Shown here piece after piece: positions 23,838-30,569 of a stretch of 32,000 bases of DNA; the first letter of the stretch is position 1, and each line of letters begins with the position of its first letter. The translations under genes were made by a program, and so were the position numbers. This DNA is from Lentibacter algarum (GTDB lineage: Bacteria > Pseudomonadota > Alphaproteobacteria > Rhodobacterales > Rhodobacteraceae), in contig NZ_JAHKQI010000008.1 of assembly GCF_018860975.1 (NCBI RefSeq), positions 132,626 to 164,625 on the forward strand, written 5' to 3'. The notes beneath the pieces were generated by a model. The model saw only the letters and a program-made list of their open reading frames with translations, did no database searches and was not told where the DNA came from.

Positions 23838-23972
23838 TTAAAGAAACGAAAAGCCCACTGCGACGAGCGCAACGACGATCACGAATACGGCCCCAACGGC
23901 AATGTTGCCGCTTGCATTTGCTTCGAAGTGCTTTCCGATTTTGATCAGGAGTTTGTTTTCTTGGCTGTTCAT
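23838..23972 (-). CDS. Unannotated 44-aa single-pass membrane peptide, downstream of and probably co-transcribed with the AIPR-like gene
   Basis: It is absent from the ORF track (<60 aa). My hand translation is MNSQENKLLIKIGKHFEANASGNIAVGAVFVIVVALVAVGFSFL*. A GAGGAG RBS lies 7 nt upstream of the ATG and overlaps the stop of the AIPR-like ORF. The C-terminal ~22 residues form a hydrophobic helix. Confidence 0.6.
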   Translation of the reverse strand: MNSQENKLLIKIGKHFEANASGNIAVGAVFVIVVALVAVGFSFL

Positions 23973-23983
23973 GCCTAAGCTCC

Positions 23984-25207
23984 TCAACCCATTGTGTCCA
24001 ATTGCTGCTGCATTACATGCAGCCGCACCGATTTGAACAAATTGGCCCAGTGGTTTCGATTTTTACCAAGCGAATCCGGCGCATTACCGATGTCACTAAT
24101 TGCTTGTTTAGTTTCTGAAACCAACTCAGGCGCTAGGTCGCGCCAAGAAGCAAGAACGTTCTCGAAACCGCCAACCCATTCAGCGCATCCGGTGTCCGGA
24201 TTGATTGAAACAAAATTTCGAAACGCGCCCAGAATTGGGTAAGCGGCCCCCTTGGTCAAACGCTGGTCGTGGTCGTCCAGTTTTGCATATTGGAACTTGT
24301 GTCGGCCCTTGCTTGGAGGAGCCTTCTCCACAATCCTCAGGTTTCCGGCGCGGCCTTTGACGGTCTCATTGTAAACCTTGAGAAATTCCCGGCGAATGTG
24401 ATCGTATAGTACAAGAGTTTCGATCAGTAGAGGTTCAAAGGCCGCGTATTTTCTGGGTTCGCCAGTTTTCTTGTGCTCTTTAAAGTCGTCACCATACTTC
24501 ATCAGCGGCGTTGACCACTTCTCATAGGCCGCAATTGGATGCTTAGACTCACGAACAGGAAAATCCGTGACGTTCATCAGTTCAAGAACAGACACCAGTT
24601 CTCGGACGTCAATGTCCTTCTTGTCTGACTCTTTGAAACCAATATCGTTTGCCCAGTCTTGATCCTTCACGATTTCCTTGAGGCTATCGAACGCGCCATC
24701 AAGTTCAAAGATCGACCGAGGTTGCACAGAAATTCCAGTGTTCTGCCCTCTTGCGATGTCCACACGCAGTGTGTGGTTTTCTCCACCTTCTAGCCCGGTG
24801 ATGATTTTGACTTCGACGTGCTGGCCTTCGCCGATCGAATCATCCTCTTGACAGTCGTAAATGATCCGGGTGGTGTGGCCGCCATTGGCGATACCGTAAT
24901 CATCATCAATCATGACGTCGAAGACCCGCTTGTCGATCACCTCGATGTCTTCGGCAATGATGGTAATCCCCAGATTCAACAGGTCGAAGGTGCCTGGCAG
25001 TGCCTCTTTGCCTTCGAGGCTTGCTTTTACGTCCTTATACACCTGCCGGTTCATACCAACAGGGTCGCGCAAATTTGCGCCCGTCGGGACGTCCTTTGGG
25101 AAGAGGCGTGCAGGGACCAAGAAGGTGTGCTTGACGATGTTTGGGAGGGTGGGGTGTTTAACGCTACGCGCTTCGGACACCTCAAACCGATATGGTTTGA
25201 TAGCCAT
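23984..25207 (-). CDS. AIPR-like (abortive-infection phage-resistance family) protein, tentative
   Basis: The likely start is MAIKPYRF (ATG 25207, GGAG upstream); alternative starts are 25222 and 25252. ...GTFDLLNLGITIIAEDIEVID...DDDYGIANGGHTTRIIY... resembles the AIPR N-terminal core (..NG.QT..). The gene is visibly AT-richer than the island backbone and is divergent from a cytosine methyltransferase. Confidence 0.45.
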   Translation of the reverse strand: MAIKPYRFEVSEARSVKHPTLPNIVKHTFLVPARLFPKDVPTGANLRDPVGMNRQVYKDVKASLEGKEALPGTFDLLNLGITIIAEDIEVIDKRVFDVMIDDDYGIANGGHTTRIIYDCQEDDSIGEGQHVEVKIITGLEGGENHTLRVDIARGQNTGISVQPRSIFELDGAFDSLKEIVKDQDWANDIGFKESDKKDIDVRELVSVLELMNVTDFPVRESKHPIAAYEKWSTPLMKYGDDFKEHKKTGEPRKYAAFEPLLIETLVLYDHIRREFLKVYNETVKGRAGNLRIVEKAPPSKGRHKFQYAKLDDHDQRLTKGAAYPILGAFRNFVSINPDTGCAEWVGGFENVLASWRDLAPELVSETKQAISDIGNAPDSLGKNRNHWANLFKSVRLHVMQQQLDTMG

Positions 25208-25435
25208 TCTTGAGTACTCCATGGGCCACGACGGACCAATGTTGCGGGGCACGATGACCCCGGACGGCAGGATTGCCTGAGCCTTGGTACCAAAAAATCA
25301 GCGTTATGGCAACACAGGTTGCGCTTTTTTTCTCGTCCGACACAAGATATGCTGTTACTGATTTTCACGAGACATAAAGGCTGGGCAGTTAGGACTTGAT
25401 CCCGTGATAAACAAAATGACGAGAAAAACGACGAG

Positions 25436-26584
25436 ATGATGGGTTTCAATTACTACGACTTCTTTGCAGGTGGCGGCATGGCCGGGTTTGGTCTCGGGTC
25501 GAACTGGGATTGCCTGTTCGCGAACGACATAGACGCGAAGAAGGCAGCGAGTTACCGCGCCAACCATCATGGCGGCAAGGAACTGCTGCTAAAGGACGTT
25601 GCTCAGGTCACATTAGACGAACTACCCGGGTCGCCTGACCTCGTGTGGGCCTCATTTCCATGCCAAGACCTGTCGCTTGCTGGCAATGGTGCGGGCCTCG
25701 CGGGCAAGCGTAGCGGGATGTTCAAACCGTTCTGGAAACTGATGCGGTCACTTCACGCCGATGGTCGCGGCCCCAAGATCATCGCACTAGAGAACGTCTA
25801 CGGGGCGATCACGAGCAATGGCGGTCGAGACTTCGCAACACTTGCCGCTGCCTTCTCGGGCCTTGGGTATAGGTTCGGCGCTGTCGTCGTCGATGCGGTG
25901 CACTTCCTACCGCAATCCCGTCCGCGCTTCTTCATGGTAGGTGTTCGGGGCGACTTGACGATCCCGGAAAGTCATACAGTAGATGGCCCTTGCGCGATGT
26001 GGCATCCGCCCGCGCTTATCGAAGGTTGCAACCTGCTTTCGCAGACAGCAGCATCGCGTTGGCGTTGGTGGAACCTGCCAACACCGCCAGCTCGGAACAC
26101 AAACCTTGCTTCGCTGATCGAAGACAAGCCGACTGGTGTAAAGTGGCACACGAAAGCAGAAACCAAATACCTGCTCGACATGATGACCGACCACAACCGC
26201 AAGAAAGTCGAAGCGGCCAAGCAGTGTGAAGAGCGGGTGGTGGGCACGATCTACAGGCGCACGCGCGCGGACGCTGATGGTGTGAAGCGGCAGCGGGCAG
26301 AGGTGCGCTTTGACCAGATTGCTGGGTGCCTACGCACGCCTGCTGGCGGTTCAAGCCGTCAGACAATCATGTTGGTAGAGGGAAGCAAGGTTCGCTCGCG
26401 CTTGCTGTCAACGCGCGAAGCCGCATCCCTAATGGGCCTGCCTGAAACCTATATCCTACCTGAACGCTACAACGACGCCTATAAACTCGCGGGCGATGGC
26501 GTTGCCGTTCCGGTCGTTCGTCACCTTGCAGAGGCGATCTTTGAACCGCTCTTAAAGCGGAATCGACTCGCTTTGGTTGCCTGA
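25436..26584 (+). CDS. dcm: DNA (cytosine-5) methyltransferase
   Basis: 382 aa with the canonical C5-MTase motifs: I DFFAGGGM, IV SFPCQDLS, VI ENV, VIII QSRPRFF, and X GDGVAVPVV. Confidence 0.92.
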   Translation: MMGFNYYDFFAGGGMAGFGLGSNWDCLFANDIDAKKAASYRANHHGGKELLLKDVAQVTLDELPGSPDLVWASFPCQDLSLAGNGAGLAGKRSGMFKPFWKLMRSLHADGRGPKIIALENVYGAITSNGGRDFATLAAAFSGLGYRFGAVVVDAVHFLPQSRPRFFMVGVRGDLTIPESHTVDGPCAMWHPPALIEGCNLLSQTAASRWRWWNLPTPPARNTNLASLIEDKPTGVKWHTKAETKYLLDMMTDHNRKKVEAAKQCEERVVGTIYRRTRADADGVKRQRAEVRFDQIAGCLRTPAGGSSRQTIMLVEGSKVRSRLLSTREAASLMGLPETYILPERYNDAYKLAGDGVAVPVVRHLAEAIFEPLLKRNRLALVA

Positions 26585-26603
26585 TTTCTAGTAAGTATCG
26601 GTC

Positions 26604-27314
26604 ATGGTTGACCGAAATCCCGACGATACAAATTTCCCACCTTTTGAAACCGAAGATCTTCGGTCCAATTTGGCTGAGTTTCTAACCCAGAAATTCGATG
26701 ATCCGATCACAGGGAAGCCGCGCGTAATAGGCGGCTTCAAATGGGGCGTATATGCTTTCTTCGATTACGACGGAGAACCTATTTACGTCGGCCAGACGAA
26801 AGAAAAAGTAAGTACCCGAATTAGGCGGCACCTGACAAATCAGCGGACAGATGCTGTTGCAATGTCGGTGCTTGACCCGTTCGAGGTTTACGAGGTCGAA
26901 GTTTGGCCACTACCGCAGTTTCAGAAAACAGGCGCAACTGATGTTGCCGCCAAAGCGCATTTGGATGCCCTTGAGGACCTTGTTTATCAAGAGGCGATTG
27001 CAGGCAGCACTTTCAAAGCGGTGCTAAATGAAAAAGACCCACCTGCACCGACAGTAGCCGTGACGAAACCCCCATCGCTTCGCTATCGACTTGTCTCGGA
27101 CGAGGTTCACAAGATTAGGTCGCACCCTGATTTCCGCATTGCACGGCGAGCCTTGATCATCTCGCGTCTGGCGCAGGTCATCTCGGAGCGGAAGGTGCAA
27201 GGTGGGCTACGACGGGTATTGTTGACCCAAGCTAAGCGGCTACAATGGCTTGCAGAGCGACGCTATGTGGCGTTGGGCGGGGAAGCGTCGGTCGAGGTTG
27301 AGGAAGGCGAATAA
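26604..27314 (+). CDS. GIY-YIG nuclease-domain protein (candidate restriction endonuclease partner of the C5-MTase)
   Basis: 236 aa, 19 bp downstream of dcm on the same strand. ...KWGVYAFFDYDGEPIYVGQTKEKVSTRIRRHL... matches the GIY ... YIG ... R ... H core. The ~110-aa C-terminal region is unassigned. Confidence 0.65.
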   Translation: MVDRNPDDTNFPPFETEDLRSNLAEFLTQKFDDPITGKPRVIGGFKWGVYAFFDYDGEPIYVGQTKEKVSTRIRRHLTNQRTDAVAMSVLDPFEVYEVEVWPLPQFQKTGATDVAAKAHLDALEDLVYQEAIAGSTFKAVLNEKDPPAPTVAVTKPPSLRYRLVSDEVHKIRSHPDFRIARRALIISRLAQVISERKVQGGLRRVLLTQAKRLQWLAERRYVALGGEASVEVEEGE

Positions 27315-27346
27315 CACCCGCGAGGTTGCACATGTTTCGGGTCTTT

Positions 27347-27856
27347 CTAGAACGGCACGTCGTCGTCAGACGACTCGAACGGATTGGCGACCTTTTTGTC
27401 GGGCCAATTCACTGAGGGTTCGTCATCCGTCTTAGGTGCCTCCCCACCTGCGGCTATGTCCTTCTCAATCATCCGTTCAAGCGCCTTGCCGTAGGCTGGC
27501 ATCTTCCACGACTTCTCGCCCGCTTCCTTACCGCGTTCGTCCTGAATGTCATTGATAGGGCGTTTCGGATGTAGTCCGATCACATACCCTTCATGGCGGC
27601 GCACACCGCCCGACTTGTTCGAGCGCCGCCGCTTCTTCGGAAGTGCGTAAAATACTCGAACCTTTTCCCAGTCGTCGGGGTCAAGCACCTCTTGGAAGAA
27701 GTGGAATCGTTCATCGACAGTCAGCGGGCTGGCTTCCTGGTCGGACAGAAATACACGGCCGTCAGAATCGACGGTCACATTGTGCATATGCTTCTCGCGG
27801 AAGTTGGGCGTCCTGTAGCGCGGTGATCGCCTAGACTTTCCTGTCGTGGTTTTCAT
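27347..27856 (-). CDS. Protein of unknown fold with an SSB-like acidic C-terminal tail (...SSDDDVPF)
   Basis: 169 aa. The last residues, NPFESSDDDVPF*, mimic the conserved bacterial SSB tip (DDDIPF). The N-terminal ~120 aa (…VDSDGRVFLSDQEASPLTVDERFHFFQEVLDPDDWEKVRVFYALPKKRRRSNK…) shows no OB-fold SSB signature that I recognise. Confidence 0.6.
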   Translation of the reverse strand: MKTTTGKSRRSPRYRTPNFREKHMHNVTVDSDGRVFLSDQEASPLTVDERFHFFQEVLDPDDWEKVRVFYALPKKRRRSNKSGGVRRHEGYVIGLHPKRPINDIQDERGKEAGEKSWKMPAYGKALERMIEKDIAAGGEAPKTDDEPSVNWPDKKVANPFESSDDDVPF

Positions 27857-27866
27857 GAACCCGATG

Positions 27867-27892
27867 TTGACCAGTCAGCGCATTGTGGTCAA
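27867..27892. promoter_or_regulatory. Inverted repeat TTGACCA-N12-TGGTCAA upstream of the SSB-tail gene (candidate operator)
   Basis: Perfect 7-bp arms at 27867-27873 and 27886-27892, starting 11 bp upstream of the ATG at 27856 on the - strand. Confidence 0.4.
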
Positions 27893-27939
27893 GCGTTTGA
27901 AGCGAAATGCAAATAGCTGTAACTGCCCAAAGCGTCACG

Positions 27940-27961
27940 CGTTGCAAAATCGTTGCAAAAA
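27940..27961 (+). repeat. Tandem CGTTGCAAAA motif (2 copies) at the tRNA-proximal island end
   Basis: CGTTGCAAAAT-CGTTGCAAAAA has the same sequence and orientation as 13874-13894 at the other end, and lies ~57 bp from the att core. Confidence 0.6.
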
Positions 27962-27963
27962 TC

Positions 27964-27989
27964 AAAAAAGGCGAACCCGAAGGTTCGCC
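27964..27989 (-). terminator. Rho-independent terminator for tRNA-Asn, supplied by the island
   Basis: On the - strand, GGCGAACC-TTCG-GGTTCGCC is followed by TTTTTT, ~28 nt downstream of the tRNA CCA end and inside the island. Confidence 0.75.
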
Positions 27990-28017
27990 CATTTTACTTA
28001 ACTATCAAGTAGTTAAT

Positions 28018-28092
28018 TGGCTCCGGCGGTAGGGATCGAACCTACGACAAATTGATTAACAGTCAACTGCTCTACCGCTGAGCTACGCCGGA
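28018..28092 (-). tRNA. tRNA-Asn (anticodon GTT), intact, with encoded CCA
   Basis: The reverse complement is TCCGGCG-TA-GCTC-AGCGGTA-GAGC-A-GTTGA-CTGTTAA-TCAAT-TTGTC-GTAGG-TTCGATC-CCTAC-CGCCGGA-G-CCA. This is 75 nt with a full cloverleaf. Confidence 0.95.
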
Positions 28093-28171
28093 ATGTCTGG
28101 GGGATATAGCAACAGCACTCCTGCGCGTCTAGAGGCTTTTGTTGCTATTTATCCAAAAAGATATGCACGTC

Positions 28172-29095
28172 CTAAACGAGGGCAAACACCGCTTCGGCGC
28201 TCAGTTGCGGGGCGGCTGAAACGCGCTTGTGAATGTGCAGGTCAATAAGGTGTGCAAAGACATTGCGCGTCGCTGCTGGGATCAGGGCTGGCGGTGTTTC
28301 GGTGTATATCTGACGTGCCAGAGCCTCTGCCGTTGCGGGGCTGTTTTCCAGTGCCGCCAAAATCTGCGCTTCGCGACCCAGCCGATGCTCTATGAGCCAG
28401 TTCAGACGCGCTTCAGGGTCTTCGATCGGTGCGCCATGACCGGCGTGAAACACCCGCCAGTCTCGCGTGGCCAGCTTGCGGCACGATGCCATGAAAGCCG
28501 TGAGGTCGCCGTCAGGAGGGCTGACAAGCGAGCTCGCCCAGCCCATCACCAGATCACCGCAAAACACCATGTCGCGCATCGCAAAGCTGAGATGATTGCC
28601 GAAGTGCCCGGGCGTGTGCAGGGCCGTCAAAGCCCAGTCACCGTGATGCACTGACTCGCCGTCAACCAGCATGATGTCGGGAGCAAAGCCTTCGTCAACG
28701 CCTTCACCTCCGCCTGCAAGCCCTTGGGCTGCCAGATCGTTCATGGTGTCAGAACGGCCTGATTTGCTGTCGCCAAAGGCCAACACTGGCGCGCCTGTCA
28801 CTTGTGACAGTGGTTTGGCGAGCGGGGAGTGGTCCGTATGCGAATGTGTGACAAAGATATGGCTGATACGTTCCTTTGGCTTAAGCGCGCCCAGCAGGGC
28901 TTGTAAATGTGTCTCGCTTGACGGGCCAGGATCGATCACCGCGACATCGCCTTCGCCAACGAGGTAGGTGTTGGTGCCGCGGTAGGTCATCGGTGAGGCG
29001 TTGTCAGCAACCACGCGGCGCAAGCCGTCGTCAAGTTGCTGGGGCTGGCCGATGACAGGATCAAAATCATCCGGGGCGCTAAGTGGGGTGTTCAT
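28172..29095 (-). CDS. MBL-fold metallo-hydrolase
   Basis: 307 aa. It has the metal-binding motif ...IFVTHSHTDHSP... (HxHxDH), and later ...LHTPGH... and ...CGDLV.... Confidence 0.8.
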   Translation of the reverse strand: MNTPLSAPDDFDPVIGQPQQLDDGLRRVVADNASPMTYRGTNTYLVGEGDVAVIDPGPSSETHLQALLGALKPKERISHIFVTHSHTDHSPLAKPLSQVTGAPVLAFGDSKSGRSDTMNDLAAQGLAGGGEGVDEGFAPDIMLVDGESVHHGDWALTALHTPGHFGNHLSFAMRDMVFCGDLVMGWASSLVSPPDGDLTAFMASCRKLATRDWRVFHAGHGAPIEDPEARLNWLIEHRLGREAQILAALENSPATAEALARQIYTETPPALIPAATRNVFAHLIDLHIHKRVSAAPQLSAEAVFALV

Positions 29096-29134
29096 GGGTC
29101 TTCCTTCTTGCGGTCACTAAGGCTAGGAATAGGC

Positions 29135-30424
29135 ATGTTCTTCGCTTGGCTCAAACAGTATATGCCGCGTTCGCTCTATGGAAGGGCTGCGCTGATCCTG
29201 ATTGTGCCGATCATTGGCCTGCAGCTTGTGGTCTCGATCGTGTTTATCCAGCGCCACTTCGAGGAAGTTACCAGCCAGATGAGCCGTTCGATGGCGCTTG
29301 AGCTTGCGCTTGTGGTGTCCGAGCTTGAGGCGAGCGGGCAGAGCAATGCAGCGGCGCCCTTGCATATCAACGTGCAAATGCCGGCGCCAGACAACAGGAT
29401 GAGCCGCCGCCGTTGGTATGACTTTGCCGGTATTGTGGTGAAGCGTGAGTTGCACGAAAGCCTGCCTGCTCTTGAGGCCGTTGATCTGCCAAACGGCGGT
29501 AAGGTGCATGCCTACGTGCAAACCGGAGCAGGGCTGGCTGAACTCACATTCGCACGGGCGCGCGTGTCGGCGCTCAACCCGCATCAGCTGTTGGTCAATA
29601 TGGTATTCTTCGGCATCTTGATGACAGTGATCGCTTACATTTATCTGCGCAATCAACTGCGGCCGATCAAGCGGCTTGCGCGGGCAGCAGCGGCGTTCGG
29701 GCGCGGAAATGTGATCGATTACAAGCCCTCCGGCGCCGTTGAAGTGCGTGCGGCGGGGCATGCTTTTCTAGACATGCGCAATCGTATCGAACGCGCGATC
29801 GACCAGCGCACGCTGATGTTGTCGGGCGTAAGCCATGATCTGCGCACGCCACTGACGCGCATGAAACTTGGCTTGTCATTGCTTGACGATGAAGACCGCG
29901 AGCCGCTTGAGCGTGATGTGCAGGAGATGCAACGGATGCTCGACGAGTTCCTGTCATTTGCCAAGGGCGCGCATGAAGGCGAACCGGAAATGAGCGACCC
30001 AATAGCGCTGGTGCGGGGTATTGTAGACGATTGCCAGCGCGCGGGTATGCCGGTGCAACTCGGGGAGTTTGAGGGCGAGGGCGAGTTGGCCCTGCGCCGT
30101 GTCGGAATCCGCCGCGCCATTGAGAACCTGATCGGCAATGCAGTGCGCTACGGCACCAATGCTGTGGTTTCGGTCGCTCTGACAGAGCGGGCTTTGCGCA
30201 TACGGGTTGAAGATGACGGGCCAGGCATTGCAGCCGAACAACGCGAGGAAGCGCAGCGGCCTTTCACGCGACTTGACGCCTCACGCAACCAGAACCGCGG
30301 CTCCGGTGTCGGCTTGGGGCTTTCGATAGCCACCGATGTCGCCCGTGCCCACGGGGGCATGTTGCGGCTCGGCGAAAGCAGCGAGATGGGCGGATTGCGC
30401 GCGGATATTGTCATCGCAAGGTGA
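29135..30424 (+). CDS. HAMP-domain sensor histidine kinase
   Basis: The start MFFAWLKQYMP is at ATG 29135. There are two TM segments, a HAMP-like ...LRPIKRLARAAAAFGRG..., an H-box ...LSGVSHDLRTPLTRM..., an N-box ...NLIGNAVRYG..., and G-boxes ...DDGPGI... and ...GSGVGLGLS.... No response regulator is adjacent within the window. Confidence 0.85.
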   Translation: MFFAWLKQYMPRSLYGRAALILIVPIIGLQLVVSIVFIQRHFEEVTSQMSRSMALELALVVSELEASGQSNAAAPLHINVQMPAPDNRMSRRRWYDFAGIVVKRELHESLPALEAVDLPNGGKVHAYVQTGAGLAELTFARARVSALNPHQLLVNMVFFGILMTVIAYIYLRNQLRPIKRLARAAAAFGRGNVIDYKPSGAVEVRAAGHAFLDMRNRIERAIDQRTLMLSGVSHDLRTPLTRMKLGLSLLDDEDREPLERDVQEMQRMLDEFLSFAKGAHEGEPEMSDPIALVRGIVDDCQRAGMPVQLGEFEGEGELALRRVGIRRAIENLIGNAVRYGTNAVVSVALTERALRIRVEDDGPGIAAEQREEAQRPFTRLDASRNQNRGSGVGLGLSIATDVARAHGGMLRLGESSEMGGLRADIVIAR

Positions 30425-30455
30425 GGTGCGTTCCAACGCGGGAGTTGAACTGCGT

Positions 30456-30529
30456 TGGAGCGGGCAGCGGGAATCGAACCCGCACGTTCAGCTTGGGAAG
30501 CTGACAGGCTACCACTACATCATGCCCGC
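30456..30529 (-). tRNA. tRNA-Gly (anticodon CCC)
   Basis: The reverse complement is GCGGGCA-TG-ATGT-AGTGGTA-GCCT-G-TCAGC-TTCCCAA-GCTGA-ACGT-GCGGG-TTCGATT-CCCGC-TGCCCGC-T-CCA, 74 nt. The D-stem has one mismatch and one G-U pair. Confidence 0.85.
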
Positions 30530-30569
30530 GGTGCGCTGACTGGCGAGATAGCGCTTGTGGTCGGCGCGG

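Larger units (their letters stand above)
13698..28066. mobile_element. ~14.3 kb integrated satellite-like / P4-PICI-like element in the 3' end of tRNA-Asn
   Basis: A perfect 49-50 bp direct repeat (13698-13747 = 28017-28066) corresponds to the 3' part of tRNA-Asn. Between the copies lie int, an alpA-type HTH, a prim-pol/helicase, iterons, terminase genes and a cargo islet. Confidence 0.88.

Noticed and set aside
25309-25331. Short hairpin GCAAC-ACAG-GTTGC followed by T7 in the AIPR/dcm divergent intergenic region, terminator-like on the + strand
   Set aside because: The stem is only 5 bp and there is no upstream + strand gene to terminate. It may be promoter-region AT-rich sequence and is too weak to call.
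29135-30424. Histidine kinase without an adjacent response regulator as a possible unusual signalling module
   Set aside because: Orphan kinases are common. The partner may lie elsewhere, and nothing in the sequence itself is atypical.
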